Source: Pseudomonadota bacterium
GTDB lineage: Bacteria; Myxococcota; JACRCW01; JAFGSX01
Assembly: GCA_043821645.1 (NCBI GenBank)
Contig: JBDRCO010000072.1
Location: forward strand, 32,001-96,000
Direction of reading: 5' to 3'
Length of the DNA stretch: 64,000 nt
This document shows positions 29,100 through 39,335 of the stretch, piece by piece (the first letter of the stretch is position 1; every line of letters begins with the position of its first letter). The notes beneath the pieces were generated by a model. That model searched no databases. It worked only from the letters and a program-made list of their open reading frames with translations, and was not told the DNA's origin. The translations under genes and the position numbers were made by a program.

Positions 29100-30134
29100 T
29101 TGACCGAGCCCCATCCCGCGCGCTGGTTCGAAGGGCCGGACGGACGCGGCAAGATCCGCTGCACCCTGTGCCCGCGCGACTGTCGCCTGGGGCCTGGTCA
29201 GGCCGGCTTCTGCTTCATCCGTCAGAACCAGGGCGGGCACCTGGTCACCCTGGGCCACGGCGTCAGCACGGGCTTCGCGGTGGACCCCATCGAGAAGAAG
29301 CCGCTGTTTCACTTCTACCCCGGGACCTCCATTCTCAGCTTCGGCACCGCCGGCTGCAACCTGGGCTGCCGTTTTTGCCAGAACTGGACCTCGAGCAAGG
29401 CCCACAGCGTGGATCGCCACGGTGTCGAGGCCGCACCTGCCGAGGTGGTCGATCTCGCCGTGGAACACGGCGTACCCAGCATCGCCTTCACCTACAACGA
29501 CCCCGTGATCTTCGCCGAGTACGCGATCGACGTGGCGCGCATCGCCCACCAGCGAGGCGTTCACACCGTGGCTGTCACGGCGGGCTACATCTCGCCAGGC
29601 GCGCGGGAGGAGTTCTTTGGCCACATCGACGCTGCCAACGTGGATCTCAAATCCATGGACGCGTCCTTTTACAAGAAAATGTGCGCGGCCAAGCTCGGAC
29701 CCGTGCTCGACACCCTCGAGTATCTGGCGAAGGAGACGCAGGTGTGGGTCGAGCTGACCAATCTGGTCATTCCCGGACACAATGACAGCGACGACCAGCT
29801 CGAGCGCCTGGCGCGCTGGGTGGTCGAGCACATGGGCCCGGAGGTGCCAGTGCATTTCTCGGCCTTCCATCCCGATTTCAAGCTCACCGAGGTGCCCCGC
29901 ACACCGCCCGCCACCCTGCAGCGGGCCCGCGACATCGCCACCCAGCACGGCCTGCGCCATGTCTACACAGGCAACGTGCACGACCCGCGGGGTCAGTCCA
30001 CCTTCTGCCCGCAGTGTCAGGCGCTGCTGGTAGGTCGAAGCGGCTACCACATCGAGAGCGTGGCGCTCGACGACAAGGCGGCGTGTCTGCACTGCGGCAG
30101 CGTGCTCGCGGGTCGTTTTGGCCCTGCTGCCTGA
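29100..30134 (+). CDS. amrS: AmmeMemoRadiSam system radical SAM enzyme
   Basis: CTLCPRDC, DPIEKKPLFHFYPG, GCNLGCRFCQNW (CxxxCxxC), FTYNDP, NVDLK, YTGNVH and C-terminal CxxC pairs. TTG start at 29100. Confidence 0.92.
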   Translation: MTEPHPARWFEGPDGRGKIRCTLCPRDCRLGPGQAGFCFIRQNQGGHLVTLGHGVSTGFAVDPIEKKPLFHFYPGTSILSFGTAGCNLGCRFCQNWTSSKAHSVDRHGVEAAPAEVVDLAVEHGVPSIAFTYNDPVIFAEYAIDVARIAHQRGVHTVAVTAGYISPGAREEFFGHIDAANVDLKSMDASFYKKMCAAKLGPVLDTLEYLAKETQVWVELTNLVIPGHNDSDDQLERLARWVVEHMGPEVPVHFSAFHPDFKLTEVPRTPPATLQRARDIATQHGLRHVYTGNVHDPRGQSTFCPQCQALLVGRSGYHIESVALDDKAACLHCGSVLAGRFGPAA

Positions 30135-30850
30135 TGGCACCCGGGACGTTGGAGTTGCTGGCCCGGATCGCCCTGGGCGAGGTCCGCAGCGAGGATTACG
30201 TCTCCTGGGCCTGCCGCTCCCTGGAGGAGGGGCAGGACAGCCGTCACCTGCGCATGCTGGCGGGCATGACGGCGGACGCGTCACTGTTCGAGGTCGAGGA
30301 GCTGTTCGGACGCGTGGCCCGCGAGCTTGGCCTGAGTCTGCCGTCACCGGAACGGGCCGTGCTCGACCTGGCCGTGCACATCGCCCGCGCCATGCTCGGC
30401 GGAGAGTACGATCTGAGACAGGGCGTTCGAGAACTGGCCAGACTGTGTGCGGCCAGCGAGTACCGTTACGACGTACTGATGCCCTTTCATGACCTGGATG
30501 AAACCCTCGATGAGATGGACATGGACAGCGGCTACCTGCTGCACCCGGACCTGCGGGAGCGCCCCTGGCCCGAGGTGGCTCGCGACGAGGCCGGGCTCTT
30601 GCTGCGCTTCGTCGAGGCAGGGCTGCTCGATGGCTTCAGGCACCAGGTCGCCTGCAGCGCATGTCCCCACATCGGCAGCCCGCGCAGCCGTGACCTCGAG
30701 GGGTTGTGGAAAAACCTGCGCGATCGCCTGCGGCGGCGCCCGCGGACCGTCGCGTGGGTCTGCCAGCGCTGCGGCAGTGATCAGGTGGTGAGCCTGGACA
30801 GGATCGCGGGACGGAGACGCCTCCTGGACAGCCGTTCCAGCGCGCCCTGA
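30134..30850 (+). CDS. Hypothetical protein with a C-terminal zinc ribbon
   Basis: TGATG coupling to amrS. CSAC...CQRC. Confidence 0.65.
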   Translation: MAPGTLELLARIALGEVRSEDYVSWACRSLEEGQDSRHLRMLAGMTADASLFEVEELFGRVARELGLSLPSPERAVLDLAVHIARAMLGGEYDLRQGVRELARLCAASEYRYDVLMPFHDLDETLDEMDMDSGYLLHPDLRERPWPEVARDEAGLLLRFVEAGLLDGFRHQVACSACPHIGSPRSRDLEGLWKNLRDRLRRRPRTVAWVCQRCGSDQVVSLDRIAGRRRLLDSRSSAP

Positions 30851-30868
30851 GAGTGCGGCGCGGGCGGC

Positions 30869-31393
30869 TCAGCCCTGCTCGCCGCGAAGCAGCGAGTACA
30901 CCCACACGTCGACAAACTCGCCGTCCTTGAACACGCCCCGGCGCAGGGTGCCGTCGAGGTGGTAGCCGACCTTCTCGAGCACCCGGGCCGAGGCCGGGTT
31001 CCAGGCGTAGACCGTGGCCTGCAGGCGCTCGATGGGGAAGTGCTCCAGGGCATAGCGACCGGCGGCGGCCAGGGCGCGCGTGGCCAGGCCTCGCCCCCAG
31101 TAAGGTTCGCCTATCCAGTAGCCGATCTCGGCCGTGTGGCGGTGCACATCGTCGAACAACTCGAAGCCGACACCACCCACCAGCGCGGCGTCCGCCTCGA
31201 TGGCGAACAGGGTGGGGCGATCCGACTGGGCCTGGCTGCGATCTATCCACGCCTCGGCGTCTGCGCGGGTGTAGGGATGCGGAAAACGATCCCGCAGGTT
31301 GCGCCAGACCTGGCGGCTGCTGGCGAGATGAACCAGCGCATCCTCGTCGCCAGGCTGAAAGGGTCGCAGCAGAAGGCCGTCGGCTTGAATCAT
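30869..31393 (-). CDS. RimJ/RimL-family GNAT N-acetyltransferase
   Basis: LLLRPF, FPHPYT, AEIGYWIGEPYWGRG and NPASARVLEKVG. Confidence 0.92.
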   Translation of the reverse strand: MIQADGLLLRPFQPGDEDALVHLASSRQVWRNLRDRFPHPYTRADAEAWIDRSQAQSDRPTLFAIEADAALVGGVGFELFDDVHRHTAEIGYWIGEPYWGRGLATRALAAAGRYALEHFPIERLQATVYAWNPASARVLEKVGYHLDGTLRRGVFKDGEFVDVWVYSLLRGEQG

Positions 31394-31504
31394 CGGTGCA
31401 CGCTAGCGCCTCGCCCCGGCTCTGGCGAGGAAAGGTTGGGGTGTGACCTGGCGCGCGAATCTCGCTAGCATGCCCGCCCGTCGCGGTCGTCGAGAGGAGA
31501 TCCC

Positions 31505-33733
31505 ATGCGCTGCGCGCTGTGCGGCTGTCTTGTCCTGGCCCAGCTTGCTGCCTGCGCCTCGTCGGAGAGCGCCCAGAAAAAGGGCTCGACCCCCGGGGTG
31601 GACTCGACCCGTCCGCCCCCTGCCGCCAGCGGTCTGCGCTATCCCGTGGCCCGGCGCGGTGACGTGGTCGATACCTACCATGGCGAACAGGTCGCGGATC
31701 CCTATCGCTGGCTCGAGGACCCGGACAGCGACGAGACCCGGGCCTGGATCGCAGCCGAGAACGCCGTCACCTTTGGCTGGCTGGAACAGATCCCGGCGCG
31801 CCAGGCCATCAAGCAGCGCCTCACCGCACTGTGGGACTACGAGAAGTTCGGCGTGCCCTTCAAGGAAGGTGGTCGCTACTTCTACACCTACAACCCGGGC
31901 TTGCTGAACCAGAGCCAGCTGTTCACCGTCGACAAGCTCGGCGATCCGGCGAGGCTCTTGCTCGATCCCAATACCCTGAGCGAGGACGGCACCGTGGCCC
32001 TGAGCAGCCTCAGCGTCAGCCGAGATGGCACCCACCTGGCGTACAGCACCTCGAGCGCCGGCTCGGACTGGCAGGAGTGGCGGGTGCGCGACGTGGCGAC
32101 GGGGACCGACAGCGACGACCACCTGCGCTGGAGCAAGTTCTCGGGCGCGGCGTGGACCCCCGACGGCAAGGGCTTCTACTACAGCGCCTACGACCCGCCC
32201 TCCGACGAGAAGAAGGCACTCACCGAGTCCAACTTCTTTCAGAAGCTTTACTACCACCGTCTGGGCCAGGCCCAGGCCAGCGATACCCTGGTGTACCAGC
32301 GCACCGACCACAAGGATTGGGGTTTCGAGGGCCAGGTGACCGAGGACGGGCGCTACCTCATCATCCACGTGTGGCAGGGCACCGACCCCAAGAACGGCCT
32401 GTTCTTTCAGGACCTGAAGCGGAACAAGGTCGCGACCACCGAGCTGCTCAAGGACTTCGACGCGCTGTACCACTTCGTGGGCAATGACGGGCCGGTGTTC
32501 TACGTCAAGACGGACCGCGATGCGCCACGAGGCCGTCTGGTGGCCATCGACACGCGCACGCCAGATCCGAAGAACTGGAAAGAACTGATCGCGCAGGGCG
32601 ACGACACCGTTGAAAAGGTGAGCCACATCGGCGGTCAGTTCGTGCTGCAGGTGCTCAAGGACGCGCGCAACGTGGTGCGGGTGCACGACCGCAAGGGCGC
32701 CCTGGTGCGCGAGGTCGAGCTGCCCGGCATTGGCTCCACCGGCGGCTTTGACGGCAAGGCCTCGGACAGCGAGACCTTCTTCGCCTTCACCGGCTTCACC
32801 ACGCCATCCACCGTGTTCCGCTACGACCTGCGCACGGGCACGCGCGAGCTGTTCAAGGCACCCACCGTCGACTTCGATCCCGCGGCCTACACCACCCAGC
32901 AGGTCTTCTACACGAGCAAGGACGGCACCCGTGTGCCCATGTTCATCACCCACAAGAAGGGTCTGGTCCTCGACGGCAAGCGGCCCACCTTCCTGTACGG
33001 CTACGGCGGCTTCAACATCTCGCTGTCGCCCTGGTTCTCGGTGAGCAACCTGGTGTGGATGGAGCTGGGTGGCGTGTACGCGGTCGCCAACCTCCGTGGC
33101 GGCAACGAGTACGGCGAAGCCTGGCACCAGGGTGGCATCCTGCACAACAAGCAGAATGTGTTCGACGACTTCATCGGCGCAGCCGAGTGGCTTCATGCCA
33201 ACGCGTACAGCTCGCCGGCAACCCTGGCCATCGGCGGGGGTTCCAACGGCGGCTTGCTGGTCGGCGCCTGCATGACCCAGCGACCTGACCTGTACGCCGC
33301 GACCCTGCCCCAGGTCGGCGTGCTCGACATGCTGCGCTACCACACCTGGACCATAGGCTGGGCCTGGGCCAGCGACTACGGCACCAGCGACGATCCTGCG
33401 CTGTTCAAGGTACTGCGCGCCTACTCGCCCTACCACAACGTGAAGGCCGGAACGCGCTACCCCGCAACGCTCATCACCACCGCGGATCACGACGACAGGG
33501 TGGTGCCCGCCCACTCCTTCAAGTTCGCCGCGGCCCTGCAGCAGGCACAGGCTGGCGACGCGCCGGTGCTCATTCGCATCGAGACCAAGGCCGGCCATGG
33601 TGCGGGCAAGCCCACCGACAAGATCATCGAAGAGACGGCGGATCGCTGGGCCTTCGTGACGCGGGTACTGGACATGCAGGTGGCACTGCCCTCCTGGGCG
33701 AAGGAGACGGCCACCACAGGAGCCACACCGTGA
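31505..33733 (+). CDS. Prolyl oligopeptidase (S9A), probable lipoprotein
   Basis: DPYRWLED, YGYGGF, GGSNGG (Ser), DHDDRV (Asp) and AGHG (His). Lipobox QLAAC and GAGGAG SD. Confidence 0.96.
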   Translation: MRCALCGCLVLAQLAACASSESAQKKGSTPGVDSTRPPPAASGLRYPVARRGDVVDTYHGEQVADPYRWLEDPDSDETRAWIAAENAVTFGWLEQIPARQAIKQRLTALWDYEKFGVPFKEGGRYFYTYNPGLLNQSQLFTVDKLGDPARLLLDPNTLSEDGTVALSSLSVSRDGTHLAYSTSSAGSDWQEWRVRDVATGTDSDDHLRWSKFSGAAWTPDGKGFYYSAYDPPSDEKKALTESNFFQKLYYHRLGQAQASDTLVYQRTDHKDWGFEGQVTEDGRYLIIHVWQGTDPKNGLFFQDLKRNKVATTELLKDFDALYHFVGNDGPVFYVKTDRDAPRGRLVAIDTRTPDPKNWKELIAQGDDTVEKVSHIGGQFVLQVLKDARNVVRVHDRKGALVREVELPGIGSTGGFDGKASDSETFFAFTGFTTPSTVFRYDLRTGTRELFKAPTVDFDPAAYTTQQVFYTSKDGTRVPMFITHKKGLVLDGKRPTFLYGYGGFNISLSPWFSVSNLVWMELGGVYAVANLRGGNEYGEAWHQGGILHNKQNVFDDFIGAAEWLHANAYSSPATLAIGGGSNGGLLVGACMTQRPDLYAATLPQVGVLDMLRYHTWTIGWAWASDYGTSDDPALFKVLRAYSPYHNVKAGTRYPATLITTADHDDRVVPAHSFKFAAALQQAQAGDAPVLIRIETKAGHGAGKPTDKIIEETADRWAFVTRVLDMQVALPSWAKETATTGATP

Positions 33734-35403
33734 CCTACAGCCGAGCCGAGCTCAAGGCACCGCGTCTCACCGGCATGGCCTTGCGCGCCGTGGTGAGCCT
33801 GGCCGAGATGCCAGGAACGTCGACCTTGCTGCGCGCGCAGATGCTGGCCCAGATCGGCATCCCGGCCTGGCGTCGGCGTGTCATCGACGATCCGTCAGAG
33901 CCACGACCTCGCTTCGCAGGCACGGACCTCGTCGACGGACCCCAGCCCGATCTGGCCGCTCTGGTCGAGGCTGCGCCGGCCTGTCCACCCTTCGAGAGCG
34001 TCGCCGACTTTGCCCGGGCCTACCGCGACGGACGCACCACACCCGAGCAGGTGGCCGATCGGCTGGTGCAGGCCATCGACGCCAGCGAGCATCTGGACAC
34101 GCCTCTGCGCGTGTTCGTGCGCGTGCAGGCCGACGACATCCGGCGGCAGGCCAGCGCCTCGGCACGACGCCTGCGAGAGGGCCAGGCCCTGGGCCCCCTC
34201 GACGGTGTGCCGGTGGCCGTCAAGGACGAGCTCGACGTGGCGGGCTACCCCACCACCGTGGGAACGGGCTTCCTGGGCCAGTCCGACGCCACCGTGGACG
34301 CCACCGTCGTGGCGCGATGGCGTGCGGCCGGCGCCCTGATCATCGGCAAGGCCAACATGCACGAGATAGGCATCGGCGTGACCGGGCTCAACCCGCACCA
34401 CGGCGCCTGCCGCAATCCCTATGATCCCTCGCGCAAGACCGGCGGCTCGTCGAGCGGACCGGCGGCAGCCGTGGCTGCAGGCCTGTGTCCCCTGGCCATC
34501 GGGGCCGACGGCGGCGGATCGATCCGGCTTCCCTCGGCTCTGTGTGGGGTCTTCGGGCTCAAGCCCAGCTACGGTCGTGTGAGCGAACATGGCGCCGCCC
34601 AGCTGTGCTGGAGCGTGGCGCACGTCGGTCCCATCGCCGCCACCGCGAGCGACCTGGCCCTGGGCTACGCGCTCATGGCCGGCCCTGACCCCAAAGATCC
34701 GTCGTCACTCGGCCAACCCAGCGTCCACCTCGAGGGCTTCAACAGCGTGGATCTGAAGGGCCTCCGGGTCGGCGTGTACCGGGCCTGGTTCGAGGATGCG
34801 GAGCCCGAGGTGGTGCGCGTGTGCCAGGGCGCCCTCGACAGCCTGGCTGCGCTTGGCGCCCAAGTGGTCGAGGTGGAGATCCCGGACCTGGGTGACTTTC
34901 ACCTGGCGCACCTGGTCACCATCGTGTCCGAGATGCTGGCGGCCATGCGGCCTCACCTCGATGAACCCGCTCGCTTCGGTGCCGATGTGCGCTTGAACCT
35001 GGCCCTGGCGCAGGGCCTGTCGAGCGAGGACTACGTGCGCGCCCAGCGCTGGCGTGCGCGCGCCATGCGGACCCTTGACGGGGTGCTGAGCACGGTCGAT
35101 GTCGTTGCCACTCCGACCAGCGCGCTCACCGCGCCGCCCATCGCCGCCGACGCCCTCGACGGCGAGTCGGACCTGGTCCAGCTCAACGCCATCATGAGGT
35201 ACGCCACCCTGGGCAACCTGACGGGGTTGCCTGTTATCAGCATTCCCGTGGGCCAAAGTCACGCCGGATTGCCGGTGGGCTTGCAGCTTCTCGCTCGAGG
35301 CTGGCACGAGCACCTGCTGCTGCGTGCAGCCCGCGCCCTCGAGACCACCCTGACCCGGGGCACGCCGCGCTGGCAGGCGCGCTTGCTGCCCCCCACCCCC
35401 TGA
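33730..35403 (+). CDS. Amidase-signature enzyme (FAAH-like)
   Basis: [15 protein letters not shown] and ADGGGSIR (Lys-cisSer-Ser triad). GTGA overlap with the upstream gene. Confidence 0.92.
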   Translation: MTYSRAELKAPRLTGMALRAVVSLAEMPGTSTLLRAQMLAQIGIPAWRRRVIDDPSEPRPRFAGTDLVDGPQPDLAALVEAAPACPPFESVADFARAYRDGRTTPEQVADRLVQAIDASEHLDTPLRVFVRVQADDIRRQASASARRLREGQALGPLDGVPVAVKDELDVAGYPTTVGTGFLGQSDATVDATVVARWRAAGALIIGKANMHEIGIGVTGLNPHHGACRNPYDPSRKTGGSSSGPAAAVAAGLCPLAIGADGGGSIRLPSALCGVFGLKPSYGRVSEHGAAQLCWSVAHVGPIAATASDLALGYALMAGPDPKDPSSLGQPSVHLEGFNSVDLKGLRVGVYRAWFEDAEPEVVRVCQGALDSLAALGAQVVEVEIPDLGDFHLAHLVTIVSEMLAAMRPHLDEPARFGADVRLNLALAQGLSSEDYVRAQRWRARAMRTLDGVLSTVDVVATPTSALTAPPIAADALDGESDLVQLNAIMRYATLGNLTGLPVISIPVGQSHAGLPVGLQLLARGWHEHLLLRAARALETTLTRGTPRWQARLLPPTP

Positions 35404-35416
35404 CCGAGAGGTAACC

Positions 35417-36046
35417 ATGTCCAGCACACCAGAACCGGCCCTGCTCTCCCCCATCACCATGTTGCAGCATCAGTGGGGACCCATCATCGACAACCTGGCC
35501 CGGGCCTGTCAGGGAGACAGCGCAGCTCGGGAGCAGACCGAGCCCTTCCTGGAGCGCCTGGCGGCCAAGGAGGAGTGGGAGAACCTGCACCGTGCGGTGC
35601 TGCGCCTGCTCGACGGAGAGCGAGACGTCACGACCTTGATCCATGGCCTCGATGCCACCGACACGCTGATCGTGGGCAACGCCCTGATGCGCCTTGGCGT
35701 CGACGTGATGGGGCAGGTGCCTGGCCTGGTGGACCTGGCCGCTCCACCCCCTGCCGCCGAGAGCCGCCAGGACCTGGACCTCGGAGAGTTCGTCGGGATG
35801 GTCGCCTACGCCTGCCGCCCGAACACTCCCGACGAGGTGCGGGCACAGCTCGACCGCGCCTGTCAGGCCATGGCCAGCGACCCCGACGCGGAGCCCGCGC
35901 TGCGCGCCCTGGGTCGAGCCCTGGGCGAGCTCCTGGCGGGCCGCCACGACCCCGACATGAGCGAGCTGCCCGAGGAACTCAGCGATCTCGTGAAGAAGCT
36001 GTTCAAGACTGTTCTCGAGGGCGAACTGGACGCGCCGCGCGCCTGA
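35417..36046 (+). CDS. Hypothetical all-helical protein
   Basis: GAGGT SD and operon position. Two similar halves (RLLDGERD...L / ELLAGRHDPD..L). Confidence 0.7.
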   Translation: MSSTPEPALLSPITMLQHQWGPIIDNLARACQGDSAAREQTEPFLERLAAKEEWENLHRAVLRLLDGERDVTTLIHGLDATDTLIVGNALMRLGVDVMGQVPGLVDLAAPPPAAESRQDLDLGEFVGMVAYACRPNTPDEVRAQLDRACQAMASDPDAEPALRALGRALGELLAGRHDPDMSELPEELSDLVKKLFKTVLEGELDAPRA

Positions 36047-37636
36047 TCAGCCCTGGTCGCTGCGCGCGTCTCCGGGCGGCGCCGGTGCCGGGGATTGTCC
36101 CTGGCCCAGCACGACACCGCGACGCGGGAAGAGCAGCGCACTGATCAGCACCAGCACCGAGATTCCCAGCACCACCCAGTAGACGGACTGCAGACCGCTG
36201 GACACACCCTCGCGCAGCAGGCGCACGGTGGCGTCGGGCAAGCGGTCGCGAACAACGGGATCGATGAGCTGGCTCACCGCCTCCAGACCGGCGGCCGGTG
36301 CGTGCCAGTCCGGCTGCGCAGCCAGGTAGCTCGCCAGCCTGTTGTTGAGCACACCGCCAAGCGCCGCGGCACCCAGGGCGCCTCCGAGGATGCGCATCAA
36401 CATGTTGAAGCCGGTGGCCACACCTCGCTGCTGCCAGGGCACGCTGCTCTGCACCGCGACCAGGTACACCGTCGTCGTGAAGCCCATACCCAGGCCGACC
36501 AGAAAGGCCCCCGCGGCAGCCCAGAGGGGACCGTGGCCACCACCAGGAAGCTCGACCAGGGTAGCGCTGCCGGCAATGAGAAACGCTGCCCCGATCAGGG
36601 CCGCGCGGTGCAAACCGATGCGCACCATGAGTCGCCCGGCGAGGGTCGACGCCAGGGGCCAGCCCAGGGACATGCCGCTGAGGCAAAAGCCCGCCACCGT
36701 GGCCGTGGCGCCGTGCACGCCCTGGATGTAAGTGGGGATGAAGGTGGTGACGCCCATCATCAGCGCCATGGCCAGCAGGGAACCCACGTTGGAGGTGCGC
36801 TGCACGCCCCGCGACCACACCAGGGCCGGCACCATGGGCTCGGCCGCGCTGCGCTCGCGCCACACGAAGGCAGCCAGCCCGATGGGCGCCAGCGCCAGCA
36901 GCGCCAGCGACGGCCAGGACAGCCAGGGCCAGCCCACACCACCCTGCACCAGCGCCACGACCAGGCTGCTCAGGGCAAGCAGCAGCAGCACGGCCCCCGC
37001 AATATCCAGGCGATGCGGCCGGCGCTCGACTTGCTCGTGCAAGAAGCGACGGATACCGAGCACGGCGAGCACACCAATGGGCAGGTTGATCCAGAACACC
37101 AGGGACCAGTGCAGGTAGGTGACGAAGATGCCGCCGAGCAAGGGCCCCACGATGGATGAGATACCCCACACGCTGGACAGGTAGCCCTGCACCCTGGCGC
37201 GCTCCTCGAAGCTATAGATGTCGCCGACGATGGTCGAGGCGATGGGCAGCACCGCACCGGCGCCGGCGCCTTGCAGCGCGCGGCTGGCGATGAGCCAGTG
37301 CATGCTCGGCGCCAGACCGCACAGCAGCGAGCCGAGCAAGAACACCGACACGCCGAAGGTGAACACGGGCGTACGCCCGTACAGGTCCGCGAGCTTGCCA
37401 TACAGAGGTACCGTCACCGCCTGGGTGAGCAGGAAGATCGAGAACACCCAGCTGAACAGTGAGAAGCCACCCAGGTCGGCGACGATGCTCGGCATGGCCG
37501 TGGCCACGATGGTGGCCTCGATGGCGGCCATGAACATGGCGATCATCACCGAGGCCAGCACCAGCCTGCGGCGGGTTCGGTTGACGGCGATCGGTTCCCC
37601 GGATGCCGCGTCAGCGCTCCCGGTCGATGCGGTCAT
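36047..37636 (-). CDS. MFS drug:H+ antiporter (DHA2/MDR type, about 14 TM)
   Basis: ATIVATAMPSI, YGKLADLYGR, RALQG.GAG, GPLLGG and FWINLPIG. Confidence 0.93.
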   Translation of the reverse strand: MTASTGSADAASGEPIAVNRTRRRLVLASVMIAMFMAAIEATIVATAMPSIVADLGGFSLFSWVFSIFLLTQAVTVPLYGKLADLYGRTPVFTFGVSVFLLGSLLCGLAPSMHWLIASRALQGAGAGAVLPIASTIVGDIYSFEERARVQGYLSSVWGISSIVGPLLGGIFVTYLHWSLVFWINLPIGVLAVLGIRRFLHEQVERRPHRLDIAGAVLLLLALSSLVVALVQGGVGWPWLSWPSLALLALAPIGLAAFVWRERSAAEPMVPALVWSRGVQRTSNVGSLLAMALMMGVTTFIPTYIQGVHGATATVAGFCLSGMSLGWPLASTLAGRLMVRIGLHRAALIGAAFLIAGSATLVELPGGGHGPLWAAAGAFLVGLGMGFTTTVYLVAVQSSVPWQQRGVATGFNMLMRILGGALGAAALGGVLNNRLASYLAAQPDWHAPAAGLEAVSQLIDPVVRDRLPDATVRLLREGVSSGLQSVYWVVLGISVLVLISALLFPRRGVVLGQGQSPAPAPPGDARSDQG

Positions 37637-37714
37637 GAGTCGTCCTGCCGCCCCGCAGGGGAAGGTCTCACACAGGTGCGCGCGTCGTGGCGATGGTGTC
37701 TCGTCTCCGGAGTT

Positions 37715-38920
37715 TCAGTTGAGCCACAGCACGTAGCGGAGCTTTCGCTCGATGCTTTCATCGCCGCGATCAACCTCGCTCTTCATGCGCCGCAGCTGCA
37801 TGGTGAGAGTGCTGGGCGGGCGTCCGGTGACGTACCAGTCGCCAAGCACAAGCCGCAGTGCACCTTCGATGTCGTCATTGTCCTCGGCACGATCGAGAGC
37901 CTGGATGTCCAGCACGATATCGCGCGGTTTCGAAAGAAAGCCTCCGAGGTCGATGCTGCCCGCGGGCATGGGCTCGGCGCGTTCGTCGGCGAGCTCGATC
38001 AGGTCGGCCACTCTGAGCACGGTCTCGCCCTTCACCAGGGCCGTGGTGTCGACGAGGATCGCACCCCAGGTCTGGTACAGCACCTCGTCCACGGGCATGG
38101 GCAGCGGGTGGTCCTTCTGACGCGGGTTGGGTAACCACTCGCGCTCGTCATCGCTCTCGGCGAGGTAGGCCTGGCGCGCCTTCTCCGTCAGGTCCAGCCC
38201 GTCGAGGATGAGCTGCCTGGCGCGCGTGATGCGCGTGGCATCGGTGAGCCGGAAGACAATGCGGGATGGCTCGTTCTCGGACTGCAGGGTCTGCAGGGCG
38301 CCGCTCGCATCGTAGGCCTGGGCCAGGTGCAGGGCGGCGCGCTGAAACGACAGGAACGCGCGCGCCCACAGCAGGTCGCCGCGATCGAAACGAAAGGTCG
38401 GTCGACGCCTCGGGTCGCCCTCGGGATAGGGCTGGCCGTCGTGGTCCAGCTCGACCTCGAACAGCCGGCGGTCAAAGTCGTCCACCTCACCGCTGTGGTT
38501 CCAGTCGTACTCCCAGCACGCCAGGCACAGGTCCATGTTGAAGTCGGCACAGCGCGAGGCCCGCGCCAGGTCGTCGTCGATCCGCGCCAGCTCGGCCTCG
38601 GCCGTGTCGAGGGTGAAGCTCAGGTACTTCTGGTTGAGAGTACCTGCCACCTCCACCGTCGCCGCCACACCGATGAGGTCCGCCACCAGCTGGTGCATGG
38701 TGCGCTTGTAACGGGTGATGGCATCGACCACGAGGGCAAAGGGATTGTCCGTGTCCTCCTGCAGCACGCGCGCGCTCTCCTGCTCGGCCTCGACCCACTC
38801 GCCCGTCTGCAGCGTCTGGATCGCAGGCAGCGCGCTCTGCCTCCGCTGTTCGAGGCTGGGGCCTGCGCAACCCAGGCTACCCAACAACACCCAGGCCACC
38901 ACCAGAGATCGCGTACGCAT
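37715..38920 (-). CDS. Hypothetical lipoprotein
   Basis: Lipobox SLGC. Acidic loop DWNHSGEVDDFD and DDEREWLPNPRQ. An alternative start lies at 38941. Confidence 0.75.
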   Translation of the reverse strand: MRTRSLVVAWVLLGSLGCAGPSLEQRRQSALPAIQTLQTGEWVEAEQESARVLQEDTDNPFALVVDAITRYKRTMHQLVADLIGVAATVEVAGTLNQKYLSFTLDTAEAELARIDDDLARASRCADFNMDLCLACWEYDWNHSGEVDDFDRRLFEVELDHDGQPYPEGDPRRRPTFRFDRGDLLWARAFLSFQRAALHLAQAYDASGALQTLQSENEPSRIVFRLTDATRITRARQLILDGLDLTEKARQAYLAESDDEREWLPNPRQKDHPLPMPVDEVLYQTWGAILVDTTALVKGETVLRVADLIELADERAEPMPAGSIDLGGFLSKPRDIVLDIQALDRAEDNDDIEGALRLVLGDWYVTGRPPSTLTMQLRRMKSEVDRGDESIERKLRYVLWLN

Positions 38921-38972
38921 GGAGCGCTCCGTGTTTCGCATGTGACGAGGGGAAACGAGTGCGACCCGAGCT

Positions 38973-39155
38973 TCAGCCAGAGCCCTTGGCTCCGGTCTTG
39001 CGCGCGGGTCCAAACAACACGTAGAGCACCACGGCGATACCCACGACCACGGCCAGCCCCAGGAACAGCTTGGCGACCCGCAGGCCTAGCCCGATGAAAA
39101 AGAGGATCAGCAGCACCGTGCCAATCCAGGTGAGGATCTTGAAGAGCTTGTTCAT
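38973..39155 (-). CDS. Small two-TM membrane protein
   Basis: 60 aa with two hydrophobic helices and a GAGGT SD. Confidence 0.7.
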   Translation of the reverse strand: MNKLFKILTWIGTVLLILFFIGLGLRVAKLFLGLAVVVGIAVVLYVLFGPARKTGAKGSG

Positions 39156-39335
39156 GACCCACCTCGCTCGGATGATGTGGACAGTCTAGCGATCCCGGGG
39201 CCATGACACCAACCTCGAGCGGCGCACCGGGCGCCCGCCGCGTTGCGGTCCGCTTGCACCGTGCGGCCCGCAGCTCCTCGCGATATGTAGGGGATCGCGC
39301 GTCGCACCCGTTCCTGCGCGCCCAGGGAGACCCGC

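Noticed and set aside
31448-31466. Possible sigma54 promoter (TGGCGCG...TCGC) before the prolyl oligopeptidase
   Set aside because: The GG-to-GC spacing is not the required 10 nt.
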